Assembly (NCBI RefSeq): GCF_001194135.2
Contig: NC_068983.1
Location: 73,716,702-73,780,701 of the forward strand
Reading direction: 5' to 3'
DNA: 64,000 nucleotides
Origin: Octopus bimaculoides
Lineage: Eukaryota
A program made the translations under genes and the position numbers. Below, in pieces: positions 23,476-36,882 of the stretch; positions within the stretch are counted from its first letter, which is position 1; each line of letters opens with the position of its first letter. The notes beneath the pieces were generated by a model. That model was not told the DNA's origin. It did no database searches and saw only the letters and a list, made by a program, of their open reading frames with translations.

Positions 23476-23983
23476 ATGTATATGATGGGGTATGCATCTG
23501 TGTGTATGTGTGATTTCATATGTTTCTAAGAGTTTTGCTATATTTCTATATCCACCTCTTTTATTTATTCTACTATTTAGATTGTAATTTTTACTTTGTT
23601 CTCCTTTTACCTATGATATTTTATGACTCTATAAATGCTATCTAATTCTGTTTCCAATACTTTGATAGATTAATGGTACAACCTTTTCAATATAAGTAGT
23701 TTTAAAGCGCTTTTTATGTAACCCTTTATACTGAAAACAGACTATGTATCTGCCATTTATCACAATATCTCTCTTAAAACCACTGGACAACTATAAATAT
23801 CTATCATTATACACAGTTTCTCACTTTCCATAACACTTGTGATGAAATGAGGTGCAATGGAAAATTACATAAAAGTAATTTTATGCACTCATTATGTAAT
23901 TATCACTGAAACACATGTAAAGATGTCATAAGTAAATAATTTCATTTTGTATTCTTCTGTTTGTACTATTATACATACATACA

Positions 23984-24113
23984 TTTTAGGATAAACACTT
24001 GTGTACTGAGGGTGTTGCTGTACTCCATCTCCGACTGCAAGACTTGATGTCTCATAAGTCAGTGAAGCAGCTCCGTAGCTGTTTTGGCCTCTTCCATCAC
24101 AAGACTCACCCAC
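23984..24113 (-). CDS. Candidate internal host exon, unidentified product (GESCDGRGQNSYGAASLTYETSSLAVGDGVQQHPQYTSVYPK)
   Basis: 130 nt, GC-richer unique sequence; acceptor ctcttaccgttacctacaccag, donor AAT|gtatgt; open frame. Confidence 0.35.
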
Positions 24114-24175
24114 TGGTGTAGGTAACGGTAAGAGATTGTGACTCTTGGCCAGATGTTTCTACCATCCGCATTGTT

Positions 24176-24356
24176 CAGTTCTATATTTAAGAGATGAGGA
24201 ATTATGTACATTATTTACATTATTTACATTTGATGGATATTTGTCTTCATCTTGTTTGTTGTTAACACAACGTTTCAGCTGATATAACCTCCAGCCTTCA
24301 TCAGATGTCTTGGAGAAATTTCAAACCTGGATTCTCATCCCTAAGGTATTTTTCGA

Positions 24357-24397
<41 letters not shown>

Positions 24398-24475
24398 GTC
24401 AGGTCACTGCCTGGAATCGAACTCAGAATCTTGGGGTTAGTAGCTCGCGCTCTTAACCACTACGCCATATGCCTT
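24176..24475 (-). mobile_element. tRNA-headed element with internal (TAA)n and hammerhead-containing tail
   Basis: A box TGGCGTAGTGG, B box GTTCGATTC, (TAA)n, then a CTGATGA...GAAACGTT motif. Confidence 0.7.
24264..24309 (-). ncRNA. Minimal type I hammerhead ribozyme motif
   Basis: GACAU CUGAUGA A GGCUG-gagguuauau-CAGCU GAA ACGU U GUGUU; palindromic ACGU stem III with no loop; stem I has two G-U pairs. Confidence 0.6.
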
Positions 24476-24964
24476 TCTTGCTGCACTTCTTGTCTTCTCT
24501 CTTTCGAGTCAAATATAATGGCTAGCTTTCTCATTCATCCATCCATCCATCCATCCATCCATCCATCCATACATACATACATACATAGAAACTGATGTGG
24601 ATTCTCCAAATCCAATCTATTAGTGGCACAGTGAAGAATTGTAAGACATTCCAAAAATTCTCCACCTGAGATTCTTTTATGAATAGATGCATACACTTGG
24701 GTGTATACATCAACAGTTCAACCAGCATGCTAACTCAATCACATATTTACAAACACCAGGAACTCTCTGAACTCAAAAAGTCTTGTTGCTTTGTTAGCAA
24801 CTCGCTTGAACTCTCTCAAGAACTTAAATTAAACTCAACGAAAAATCATACGTACATACATACATACGTATGTACATATGTACATATATGTATATACATA
24901 CATATATACATATATACATATGTACATATATATGTGTGTGTGTAATAGTTAATTTTAGTGCCCC

Positions 24965-25226
24965 TGGACTGGCTCTTGTGCGGGTGGCACATAAAATACA
25001 CCATTTTGAGCGTGGCCGTTGCCAGTACCGCCTGACTGGCCTTCGTGCTGGTGGCACGTAAAAGCACCTACACTCTCTGAGTGGTTGGCGTTAGGAAGGG
25101 CATCCAGCTGTAGAAACTCTGCCAAATCAGATTGGAGCCTGGTGTAGCCATCTGGTTTCACCAGTCCTCAGTCAAATCGTCCAACCCATGCTAGCATGGA
25201 AAGCGGACGTTAAACGATGATGATGA
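24965..25226 (+). mobile_element. RTE 3' end, young-looking
   Basis: ggtggcacgtaaaagcacc...gttggcgttaggaagggcatccagctgtagaaac...gcatggaaagcggacgttaaacgatgatgatga; close match at 26740-27012. Confidence 0.8.
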
Positions 25227-25848
25227 AATTAACTAGTGAAAAAATATCAATAAAACTGAATAATAAAATATTGTGCAGATGTATGATAAAACTATATGTA
25301 CATAGTCACAGTCCAATCACTGAAGCAAGTAAATGAATAGAGGAACAGCAGAATGCATGTGAATATATATATGTTAAAACACATACTGTAATATCCAGAA
25401 ACAATTTTACAGCTGGAATCTGAATAAATTAACAGCATTGGCAGATCAGCAGCAGTAATGAAATTAATTGAATTCAGAAACAACTCAGTTACAAAATATG
25501 TTTGTGTTTCATATTTTTCCATCATTAAATTGTGTAAGCTTACAATGACATTTGAAATATTTCTTTGTTTATTTGTAAGCTGTTCACATGCCCCCCCTCT
25601 CTGTCTTTGTCTCTTTAACACAGATATTTGCTGACATACACATGTGCATACATCTACACACACACACACACACACATTATATGTGTCGATCACATGAAAT
25701 GGAAGATATTTCAAGGTTAGAGACCTTCTTATTACATAAGACTATTAAAGTAGGTAGAGAAGAAATTATGTTAGAATTCTGAGACATTTGAAAAGTAAAA
25801 GAATATAGATAAGAGCAAGATCCATTGATATGTGTATCTCTTCTCTAC

Positions 25849-25879
<31 letters not shown>

Positions 25880-26739
25880 TGTATGTATATATGGTTGCTC
25901 TTCTGTGCTACTGGTACGATGTAGTCCAGTACAACCTGTTCCATGGTTGGGTCATCGGCAACTAAACTGGCAACCCCACCAGGCTTGCTTGGTGAGGTGG
26001 GTGCTTGTTGAACACCCTGCGGGACAAAACATAAGACCCATCAAAGGGTGGAGGAACTACAAAGTAGTCAACGGTCATTCAACTACATGTGTTTATGGAG
26101 TGTTTGTGTGTGTGTGTTGTATATATTGCATTTTAAGCTGTGTGTGTGTGTGTGTGCGTGTTTGGTAAATGCTGTATTTCAGCATGTGTATGTACATATT
26201 TTATATTGTGTGTTTAAACTGTATATATTGTATGTCAATCTTATTTTAAAATTTACTCAGTTTTTATCCCAATTTTTAATTTGTATTTATTTCTCTCATT
26301 TTAATTTTTTTTTTTATAAATAGATGAGGGGTGGATAGAGTTCCTCTGTTTACCCAAGCCAATGGCGAAGGCAGTCTACCTTTCATAACAAAACATACAC
26401 ATACACACATTCATACATACATACATACTTATACATGCACAGACAGAAATGAGGGTGTTAGTATACATATATTCATAATGCAACATACAAGAAAGCATAA
26501 GTGTAAATAGAAGATTAATAACTATATTTCAGTTTGTTTGCAATCAGAGCAGTTATTGGCATTCATTACACCATTGCTATAACTTGGCCAATTTGTTTTT
26601 AAACCCTATTATTGTTAATAAATCCATAAATATTAGGGAGTTCACTCAGGTTTGGACTCCTTTATGATATATGAGTATTATCAAAACAACTTTAAAAAAT
26701 AACTATTGTGGGAATATATTATAGTTCAATATGTGTCAG

Positions 26740-27012
26740 TGCCGATGGACTGGATCCTGTGCAGGTGGCACGTAGAATACACCATTTCGAGCGTGGCCAT
26801 CGCCAGTACCGCCTGACTGGCCCTCGTGCCGGTGGCACGTAAAAGCACCCACTACACTCTCGGAGTGGTTGGCATTAGGAAGGGCATCCAGCTGTAGAAA
26901 CTCTGCCAAATCAGATTGGAGCCTGGTGTCGCCTCCTGGTCCACCATTTCTCAGTCAAATCGTCCAACCCATGCTAGCATGGAAAGCGGACGTTAAACGA
27001 CGATGATGATGT
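26740..27012 (+). mobile_element. RTE 3' end inserted at the 3' end of the hAT relic
   Basis: Same tail as 24965-25226. Confidence 0.8.
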
Positions 27013-28356
27013 TATAATGCTTTATTTTTGAAAGCAAAATTTTCCTGTCTTTTACAAGAGATTTTTCAGCATAAAAAAAAACAAAAAAAACAAACTGTGT
27101 TCTACAGCAGCCAATGTTACTTAGCATTGTCTCAGAACTGCATATACTGTGGGTGAAACTTTGGGGCCCATTAGTTGAATTATCAAATTGATTTAGTTTT
27201 TATTGACTCTAAAATCAATGTAATTCATGATGCAACAAGGGTCTTTGTTAAATTTCAATTCTTTGAGGCTTTTGCAAGCATTGTAGATGGTGCTGACTGT
27301 TGATTCAATTTTCAAAATCACCTCTTTCAACTGCAGATAGTTTGAACAGATTTGGACAAGGTTAGTCCTGACTTCAGGATTTTGCACCGGTTCTTTTGCT
27401 CTCTGCACCGTAATGCTTTTGTCCTCAAAACTCTCTAGAATTTTTGTAACTTCTGCTAGTTTCTTGACATAGTAATTGCAGGCATCCAACCAGTGACCTC
27501 ACCTAATCACAAATGGCTGAGCTGAGGAGTTGATTGTTTTGAATTGCTCTCGATAGAGTTCGTTTTTTACAGTAGCAACCTCGATGGTGGCAATCAGATA
27601 ACTGACTGAACGATAGAAAGCCTTTATTTTTAGAGCATAGTTGTGCAGTAGTTTGGAGAAGCAGGTTACATGGAAGAGCTTAGGGTACATAACATGCAAC
27701 GTTTATCCAGCAGTTACCATATACCAAGCAGCATCAGACAATAAGAGGAGAACATTTTCTCTTGGAACTGTCATACTTTTTAGCAAATCATTGATGATCT
27801 GAGCAGTGACTGTGGCAGTTAAAGCTGATTTGAGTGTTAAACATTCTATTACTAGCGTGTTTTGCTGATTTTTAGCTGAATCAGCGAGTACATTAACAAT
27901 TTTTTTGTCATCGATCTCACTTTCATCAACAATTAAAAATACATTTTGATCATCCAGGTAGCTCTTGCAATTTTCAGCCATGGTTGCACTAAGCATGTAG
28001 ATCGAAATGGTAATGGCTTATTGATAGAATCAAAGAGACTTCTCATACTTGGATTAGTGTGCTTGTGCAAAACCTTAAGAAACACTTTGGTCACTATTGT
28101 ACCCCAAGATTTATTGCTTTCAATAAATTTAAATGATTTGATTGGTGACTGTTCAGTTTTTGTAGTCTTTTAAAGATAGTTTTGATGTTTTTTGCTCATT
28201 GTATGTGACTCAACAAAATTCCTTTGACATCACATTTGACATCAATGAGGTACAGTCTGCAGTATAATTGGTTATTGTGACTCAATACAAATTCTTTAGA
28301 GAATTTTTCTATAAATTCAAGAGCCGTGTCTTCTGACTTGTTTTTGGCTTTGGCAT
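27013..28356 (-). pseudogene. hAT-related (CGGBP1/DUF659-like) transposase pseudogene
   Basis: MPKPK...LYCRL...ESH..SKKHQ zinc-finger remnant; FLIVDESE...LLLLSDAAWYM..AG*TLHVMYPKLFHVTC..KLLH...VIR*GHWL in one frame with two nonsense codons; AVEHS-type C-terminal motif. Confidence 0.8.
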
Positions 28357-28783
28357 CTGTGTTAAAAACAAGAAAATCATAATAATCAAAATTAGAATTA
28401 CTTGGAACAGGAAAAAGTAGTGCAATAAGAGAACTCTACACTTAACTTCAAAAAGACCTAGCAATGCAACAGTTAAAGAAAATGTTTCAATTCAATTAAC
28501 CTTAGATAAAAATTTGCATAATTGTTAACAACAAAATTAAATGTTACATAAAAAAATATATATCGTAATATTATTGAGAAACAACTAGCACACTGTATAT
28601 TTAGTGAAAAAAAATAGCAAGGAAAAGAACTTACTTTCGATAGTAAATTTAAAATTCCAAAATAACAGGCACAAAGAATTAAAACTGTAAGTAAATTCAC
28701 TTACAAGTGGATGGTGATAAATAATTCTATTCTTAAAGAGGCCTGTTTCATGAATCGGAAAAAAAGATGCAGATGATCAATAT

Positions 28784-28989
28784 TCTTTTCTACTCTAGGC
28801 ACAAGGGCCGAAATTTTGGGGAAGGGGACAAGTCAATTAGACCAACCCCAGTACACACAACTGGTACCCATTTTATCGACCCCGAAAGGATGAAATGCAA
28901 AGATGAACTCGGCGGAATGTAAAGACAGACGAAATACCGCTAAGCATTTCACCTGGCGTGCTAATGTTTTTGTTACCTCTCCGCCTTAA
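28784..28989 (-). mobile_element. Family C SINE
   Basis: Matches 12199-12410; extra copy of its tail at about 29004-29030; atcaatatt repeated on both outer sides. Confidence 0.8.
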
Positions 28990-29485
28990 ATAGAATGTAA
29001 ACATTCTTCTCTACTCTAGGCACAAGGCCCACAGATAATCAATATTAGCAGTTGGTATCGATCACCAATAACTAATATAGGTAAAAGTAGTTTGAAGTCA
29101 GAAATTTATCATACAGAAATACTATTCAGACATGCTAGATTTTTGTTTGTGTTCAAATGACTGGACACACACATGGTGTCATATAATTTCCAGCATAAGA
29201 GGGTAGGATAGCCTATAGGGAGTGCTAAAAATAGCTCTGAAGTGGTAGTCCAATACAACAGCTTTACTAAAAACTAGCAGAAATATATATCAAGTTTAGG
29301 TTTAATCAATACGTAAAAAATACATATCAACGAAGTCATTTATTCTTTTTAATATCTAAAAAAATTCTTTTTAATAAAACTTCATTTTTAAACCTTATTT
29401 TAACTTTGTTAACTTCAAAAAGTGATTAATTACGATGACCAATCGTAAAAAAAGTTTATCTTTGGCTGTAACCTTGAAATGAACG

Positions 29486-30666
29486 TATCAGATCATCCCT
29501 TAAGTACTGTCCGATTTTACCTTTTTTAAAATTGAATGAAATTTAAAAGTATTTTAGAATGTCTAATGGAATTAAAAATTACTTTTATTTGTGAACATTT
29601 AAACTAATTAAATATTATTTTACAGAATAATTAGAATTAAAATTTCTTTGATTAAAACCCTTTCTAACATGGAATTATCCAAAGAGCATTTGAGGCCCAT
29701 AATGCTTTATGAGTACAAAAACGGAAACTCTGCAGCCGAAGCGACTCAAAACATACTCAGTTTATGGGAAAGAATGCTTGAATGAAAGNNNNNNNNNNNN
29801 NNNNNNNNNNNNNNNNNNNNNNNNNNNNNNNNNNNNNNNNNNNNNNNNNNNNNNNNNNNNNNNNNNNNNNNNNNNNNNNNNNNNNNNNNNNNNNNNNNNN
29901 NNNNNNNNNNNNNNNNNNNNNNNNNNNNNNNNNNNNNNNNNNNNNNNNNNNNNNNNNNNNNNNNNNNNNNNNNNNNNNNNNNNNNNNNNNNNNNNNNNNN
30001 NNNNNNNNNNNNNNNNNNNNNNNNNNNNNNNNNNNNNNNNNNNNNNNNNNNNNNNNNNNNNNNNNNNNNNNNNNNNNNNNNNNNNNNNNNNNNNNNNNNN
30101 NNNNNNNNNNNNNNNNNNNNNNNNNNNNNNNNNNNNNNNNNNNNNNNNNNNNNNNNNNNNNNNNNNNNNNNNNNNNNNNNNNNNNNNNNNNNNNNNNNNN
30201 NNNNNNNNNNNNNNNNNNNNNNNNNNNNNNNNNNNNNNNNNNNNNNNNNNNNNNNNNNNNNNNNNNNNNNNNNNNNNNNNNNNNNNNNNNNNACTGTCAG
30301 CAATTAGAGCATTTGAACCAAGCTTTGAAGAAAAAAAGACCCGCTTTAGTGAATCGAAAAGGAGTGATGTTTCATCAGGATAATGCATGACTCCACACTG
30401 CAAAGATCACATCACAGAAGATCGAAGAGCTTGGTTGGGAAAAAATTCCTCATCCACCTTCTTCTCTCGACCTTGCTCCTTCAGACTACCATTTGTTTCG
30501 TAGCTTACAGAATCATTTGGGGGACATAACTTTCGCAAGCTAGGAGGTCGAAACTGACATTTCAGAGTTCTTCGCTTTGAAAGCAAAAGAGTTTTACATT
30601 GAAGGGATTAAAAAGCTTGTAAATAGATGGAAGGAAGTCATAGGTAATCGGGGAAAGTACATTGAT
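29486..30666 (+). mobile_element. Mariner (DD34D) transposon relic, centre in gap, right TIR missing
   Basis: Putative TIR TA-TCAGATCATCCCTTAAGTACTGTCCGATTT; MELSKEHLRPIMLYEYKNGNSAAEA at 29669; FHQDNA*LH...HPPSSLDLAPSDYHLFRSLQNHL...NRGKYID. Confidence 0.9.
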
Positions 30667-30699
30667 AGGCGCAGGAGTAGCTGTGTGGTAAGTAGCTTG

Positions 30700-31890
30700 T
30701 TTAGACATTTGTGTGTTCCTTGAGTTAAAAGTTGAAATATGTGGAATAGCATTTTTTCTTTCTTTTTTGTACTTGGATGTTACTTTGATTGGCTTCCTGA
30801 GTTCCAAATTCTATCAGCTTTGTGGGATATTTTCTTATAAGTATTTTTCCATTTCGTCTAGTCTTCGGTCTTTTGTTCAAGAGTTTTACGCAATTGTACA
30901 GAATCGTTTTGCTGGAGTGAATGGAATATACCTTTGAGTATTTCGGGGGACATTATGTATTAAGGTTGTATTGTCACGAGTTGGTGGGCTTAAACTATAT
31001 GTCCGTTCCTAGTATTGTATTTCAGTTTGTTATTAGAATGTGAAGGTTTATGTTTATGAGATTTTGAACTTTGTTTCAACCTGTCAATACTTTCCCTCCA
31101 TAAAATGAAACAATCGTCTAGAAATCTCTTCCAGTTGTCTTTCAAGCAGCTATTCGACTCCATAAATACCGGAAGATTTTTTGTAGGTTCTTGGTTCACG
31201 GCATCCCATGATTAAGTTGACATGATGGAACAAATTTCGTTCCCATCGTTGTTCTTTGCTCCTGATTTTGGTGAAAGGCAGTGATACCAAATATGAAATA
31301 ATTGTTTTCTAAAGTGAATTGGGGGCTATCTACAATAAATTTTCTGTCTATGCATTTTGGTATTTCGTAAGAAAGTGAATGTAGACAATATTTTATTGCT
31401 TCGATTCCATAATCGGTAGGAACGCTGTTGTACAGTTTTACATCATGTATGACAATATAGGTATTTTCGTTTACTGTATTAGGTAGATGGTTGAGTATAT
31501 CAAAACCATCTCGTCTAAAGTTCTTTATGCATTTGAGGAAAGGTTTCAGCAGAATGTCTAGGAAATCACTTAAGTCATGTGTTTCACACGATGAGCCTGC
31601 TGCATTGGGTCGCAATTTTAGATCTGATGGTTGCGGGATGTTCACACAATTTGTTTATGTTCCTTCATATGTTTCATTCATTAGTTTATTCTTATTATTT
31701 GAGGTAGTTCATAGAAGTTGCTTGTTATATATTTGAAGTTTGTTGGGTGGTCCAGCTCTTTATAAGTTAAAGAATTTCGGTTTGGAAGTAATAATTTTCA
31801 TAATTATCTTCACAGTAAATATTATCTTGTAACATACTCAATACCATATTCTTGTAATAACCTGTACCCACATTAACAACTGAACCTTCT
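30700..31890 (-). mobile_element. Penelope-like element reverse transcriptase fragment
   Basis: LKLRPNAAGSSCETHDLSDFLDILLKP...DVKLYNSVP...LENNYF...TTMGTKFVP...WKRFLDDCFILW...TDI*FKPTNS; many lesions. Confidence 0.88.
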
Positions 31891-32069
31891 TTATCAGTTT
31901 CTTCGATGACTATATACTTTTCATATTATAAATCTGTTAAGTGGGTACATTGTTGTCTACTAAAGTTAGATTTTATTTGCTGTTTTCCGTTTTTCTATGA
32001 AAGTTTGATTATGCTCGCAGAATTAATCGAGAGCCGCATTACTTGTGCACGCGCACAAACACACACACA

Positions 32070-32105
<36 letters not shown>

Positions 32106-33314
32106 NNNNNNNNNNNNNNNNNNNNNNNNNNNNNNNNNNNNNNNNNNNNNNNNNNNNNNNNNNNNNNNNNNNNNNNNNNNNNNNNNNNNNNNNNNNNNNN
32201 NNNNNNNNNNNNNNNNNNNNNNNNNNNNACACACACACACACACACACACAGAGAAAACTAGTTGGAATTTAGTTGGGGTTATCTGAAGTAATGTTGATG
32301 GAAAATAAAGGGAAGGAACAAATTTTGAATACACGCCAACAAAGGAAGTATGTGCGTAATGACCTTGGGGGTAAAACTTCCGAGGCATTTAGATGGCTCT
32401 CTGACTACTTATATCTTCGGCCAGCATTAAGTGAGAGAGACAGGTTTTGTGAATCCTTATTCTATACAACTGTCCACCATGACTGATTGAATATAGGCAG
32501 AGGAACGTATCACAGAAATGAAAGAAGTGCATTTATATACAAGAGGAAAACTCGTGTCTTTCTAAAACAATAAAAATTTCTCTAAATTACTTTAAAAGGA
32601 GAGGTATAAAGTTAGAAACTTTTAAAAATATCTAGGAATGGTTATATATGTACAATGTATACACATGCGCGCATGTATTAAGTTAGAAAACTTTAAATAC
32701 CTAGAAGCGATTATGTATATATTATGTATGTATTTTATTATACACACACACATATACAAATATGCATACATGCGTGTACACACATTCACACACACGCGCA
32801 TACTCATACACACATGTGCCTCACTGAATATTACCTTCAGTTACATCATCAAAACTCGTCCAATTAGCATTCCACCTCATTATACAGCACATGCCTCTCT
32901 CATACAATTCTAGTTGCATATTTTTTTGTTAATCTCAGAACGTGACACCAAGCTTTACATCACAAACCAACCTGCCAGTTCTAACTCACATATAAAATCC
33001 GTAGAAGAAATCCACTACCTTGAAATACATACGAACAGAAATATCATCAAACCCTCTCGCATGTAAACCACTTTCCCACACTCTTCGAGATTTCTGAATA
33101 AAATAAATACAACCTCCGTTTTAAAAGGATCTCACATGACTATGATTGATACTACAATGATTGTAAACCATCGACCTTTTCAATATCCCTTTTTTTTTTA
33201 CTGAGGTTACATACCGTGAATATTATACTTTTAAATAACACTTTCACGTTATGCATTCTGACTTAACACGAAGGAAAAAATCTAGGAAAATGAAAGTATA
33301 AAAATAGAAAAAAT

Positions 33315-34425
33315 TGTAGGTAGAATCCTCTCTTAAAATTATAGCCATACTCTCCAGAGTACATTGCCAAAAGCTGTTTCTCCCCAAGACTTTGAACTTT
33401 ATTAAGAGACTCAGGTTGAAAGCTTGTTATTTTGGAAATAGTGACAGCAAAACTATATATAAACTCAAAGATAACTTCAGATCAACAAAATATTCACTCT
33501 TTAACATACTTTTCGCTAAATTCAAACAAACTTTCTTCCAAGCATTTAAAAACATACCTACACAAACAATTTCCAGATGAAAAAAAAAAACAAAACGACA
33601 ACTAAGAACAGACCATCATTACATTCTAGAATCAAGGAATTCACGTGCACTCAGACAAAACAAAAGTATTGTACGAATCAAACCTAGCAATTTGTCCCAA
33701 ATCACCGACTCTATTTCCAACTCATAAACGGAAACTCGTCGCAAAACTCTTATTGATATGAACACGGAAGTCGTACAAATTATCACAAATCTATCTATGA
33801 ATGGTATAGTAGGAATTCGTGTACAAAAGAACTCAATCATTACATTTAAAGGCCGCAAACCTAACATCCATACTAACTGGTTATCATTGCTAATCGATCC
33901 GACTAATTTCTCCAACTAGGTAAAGAAAGAAAACTTTAGACTGTATATCTATTAGGAAAAAATCACACCTCACAATTTATATACAACCCCGCCACAAATG
34001 CGGTATTAAAATTGTTCAAGATCATACAAAAGAAAGACAACCATACATTCACATTGCAATTTTACCAACTACTACACTTCTGTTATCAAGAACCTTTTAG
34101 AAACGCTTCCCTACACTACCAATTCTCTCCCATCTGCAATAAAACTGAAAACAGCACCCTACACTCAATGAAAATATTACTCTCATTCAACAACGACATA
34201 TTTCAATAAAAAATAAACTCTAACGAACTCTTTAACATCAACAGGAGAGCGTTCGATTCCACTATGGTAAGGGACCTGGTTGGCTTATTTCTTTCCCACA
34301 AAACACACTCTAAATACACTCCAATCAACGGAGGCATCTACAGTAATGATGACTTTTTGATCCTAAATACTAAAGAATTGAACAGGTTAAGGAAAGATAT
34401 TTCCTTCCAAACATTTCTGCTTTAT
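33315..34425 (+). mobile_element. Degenerate PLE (Naiad-like) ORF: N-terminus and RT
   Basis: NFIKRLRLKACYF; IITFKGRKPN...LLIDPT; LFNINRRAFDSTMVRDLVGLFL...GGIYSNDDF (remnant of an LYRDD-type motif). Confidence 0.7.
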
Positions 34426-34434
34426 CGTTATAGC

Positions 34435-34600
34435 AAACATTACTTGTTTCAGTCATTTGACTGCGGCCATGCTGGAGCACCGCCTTTAGTAGAACAAATC
34501 GAACCCAGGACTTATTCTTTGAAAGCCTAGTACTTATTCTATCGTACTCTTTTATGGGGACGTAAACACACCAGCATCGGTTGTCAAGCGATGGTGGGGA

Positions 34601-34679
<79 letters not shown>

Positions 34680-34808
34680 GACGGGCTTTTTTTTTAGTTT
34701 CCGTCAACTAAATCTACTCACAAGGATTTAGTCGGCCTGAGGCTATAGTAGAAGACACTTGCCCAAGGTGCCACGCAACTTCTTATCACACAGCCACTCC
34801 TGCGCCTA
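34435..34808 (-). mobile_element. Family A SINE (A1)
   Basis: Tail, long (CA)n, head with internal deletion. Confidence 0.85.
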
Positions 34809-34836
34809 TTTCATGAATGAGGAAAGAAAATGTGCG

Positions 34837-34872
<36 letters not shown>

Positions 34873-34888
34873 TTTTCTTTCCTCATTC

Positions 34889-34924
34889 CTTTCTGTCGAA
34901 GAGTGTATGATCGAAACGTCAAAG
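34889..34924 (+). ncRNA. Degenerate minimal hammerhead motif
   Basis: CUUU CUGUCGA A GAG-uguaug-AUC GAA ACGU C AAAG; core A6 replaced by U. Confidence 0.4.
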
Positions 34925-35003
34925 ACTTTTCCATTTTCACTGAGCGTGAAACTGATACTTGTTTGTTGTTCCTTCACCATTTTTTTTGTTTTTGTACATT
35001 TTG

Positions 35004-35044
<41 letters not shown>

Positions 35045-35070
35045 TGTACATACATACATATATACGCACG

Positions 35071-35105
<35 letters not shown>

Positions 35106-35160
35106 ACACAAGCACACACACGCACACAGCCACTCACATGCACACACATATCAAACACTC

Positions 35161-35783
35161 ATAATTTTCTTTGGATAAAGTAACTTTCGTGGATGTGGTA
35201 TAAGGTTTTCATTCGAATCTGTAGTTCTTAACATTGCTGTGAAGAATCCATTTCCCATCTCAAGACATGATCAGTTTTGTAGATAGTGTTCTGTGGTTAT
35301 TGTGCATGCGGCGATTCATAACAGTCAAACCTTTGGTGACTATTTACCGCTGAAAAAGCATGAGAAATCCCTTTCGCTTATTTTGAAACCTATCCTAGCT
35401 TCTTCAAACGATTATCAATGACTACAATGCTAGCATTAAATTCAGTGGAAAGCTATCTCCCTAGTACAGCAAGAATCCTTGCAACTATTGCATTATCTAA
35501 TTCGGAAGGAAGTACTGATCTAAATTCATCAAATAAGTTGAAATTGTCACACCTGAATTTTCCTTCTGTAAGTCCTTTCATTCACTGTATCTTGATCATA
35601 AGTCTTTTGAACATTTTTGTATGATTCGCTTGAATTAGAAATTCGATGAAACTCATAAAGCATAAAGTGACAAATATTCTCTTTGCTTGGTTCCATGGTG
35701 GGTTCTTCATATAGAAAATTATATTAAAATACGGTTGTTGCTCTGCGGAAGCTCTTCATGAAATGATTATGCATCAACGAATA
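35161..35783 (-). mobile_element. Degenerate mariner, 5' half
   Basis: Putative TIR TA-TTCGTTGATGCATAATC; MEPSKENICHFMLYEFH at 35696; DGKWILHSNVK and LYPKKI motifs. Confidence 0.8.
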
Positions 35784-35896
35784 CTACCAATATTTACTGT
35801 GTTGAGAAATAAAAGATAGAAAAACAACACGCAAAAATCCGAAAAAAAAAATAAAGAAGGTTTCAATAGGCTCAACTTCGTAATCTATACACCCTG

Positions 35897-35935
<39 letters not shown>

Positions 35936-36189
35936 NNNNNNNNNNNNNNNNNNNNNNNNNNNNNNNNNNNNNNNNNNNNNNNNNNNNNNNNNNNNNNNNN
36001 NNNNNNNNNNNNNNNNNNNNNNNNNNNNNNNNNNNNNNNNNNNNNNNNNNNNNNNNNNNNNNNNNNNNNNNNNNNNNNNNNNNNNNNNNNNNNNNNNNNN
36101 NNNNNNNNNNNNNNNNNNNNNNNNNNNNNNNNNNNNNNNNNNNNNNNNNNNNNNNNNNNNNNNNNNNNNNNNNNNNNNNNNNNNNNNNN

Positions 36190-36229
<40 letters not shown>

Positions 36230-36585
36230 TATATACAGGATGTCACCAACAGTAAACAACATGAAATACGAAAACAAATGAGTTAAATACACAAACAACG
36301 AGAGAGAAAATGGAAATCAGTATATACACACACACAGAGAAACATACATACATATATATATATACATATATACATACATACATACACGCACATACACACA
36401 CATATATATACACACATACAAGAACATAGCTTCTGTAATAAACTTCTTTGTGTGTGCGTGTATGTGTGTGTGTGCGTGTGCGTGTATGAGTGGGTGGATG
36501 TTTATTTTATCATTCCAGTTCGCCAGTGCAGTGCCAATAACCAGTTGCTAGAATTCAATATATTTCCTCTCTCTCACTCTGTGCA

Positions 36586-36621
<36 letters not shown>

Positions 36622-36882
36622 CAACCATCCATACATACATAATACATACATACATACATACATACATACATAAACATATTTATCTACATATATGCAGATG
36701 TGTGCATATATATATTCTTAATTCTATGCCGGTGACATTCCTGTTTGTGCATGTATCCCGTATACTTACCTGTATATTTGTATATGTCTATATATATCCA
36801 TAAGTGTCTATGCATCTATTTGTGTACATGTATATGTGCACTCGGTTATCCATACCTAAACTTATGCCCGGATCAACCGATA

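Noticed and set aside
23990-24127. + strand exon reading DKHLCTEG...HPLV
   Set aside because: The frame hits TAG before the strong donors; only a weak donor avoids it.
24395-24475. Functional tRNA gene
   Set aside because: Poor acceptor and T stems and an ACT anticodon; treated as an element head.
32274-32486. 70-aa ORF MGLSEVMLMENKG...
   Set aside because: No recognisable motif or splice support.
35850-35895. Minus-strand ttacga-agttgagcctattgaaac, vaguely hammerhead-like
   Set aside because: Core and stems too degenerate.
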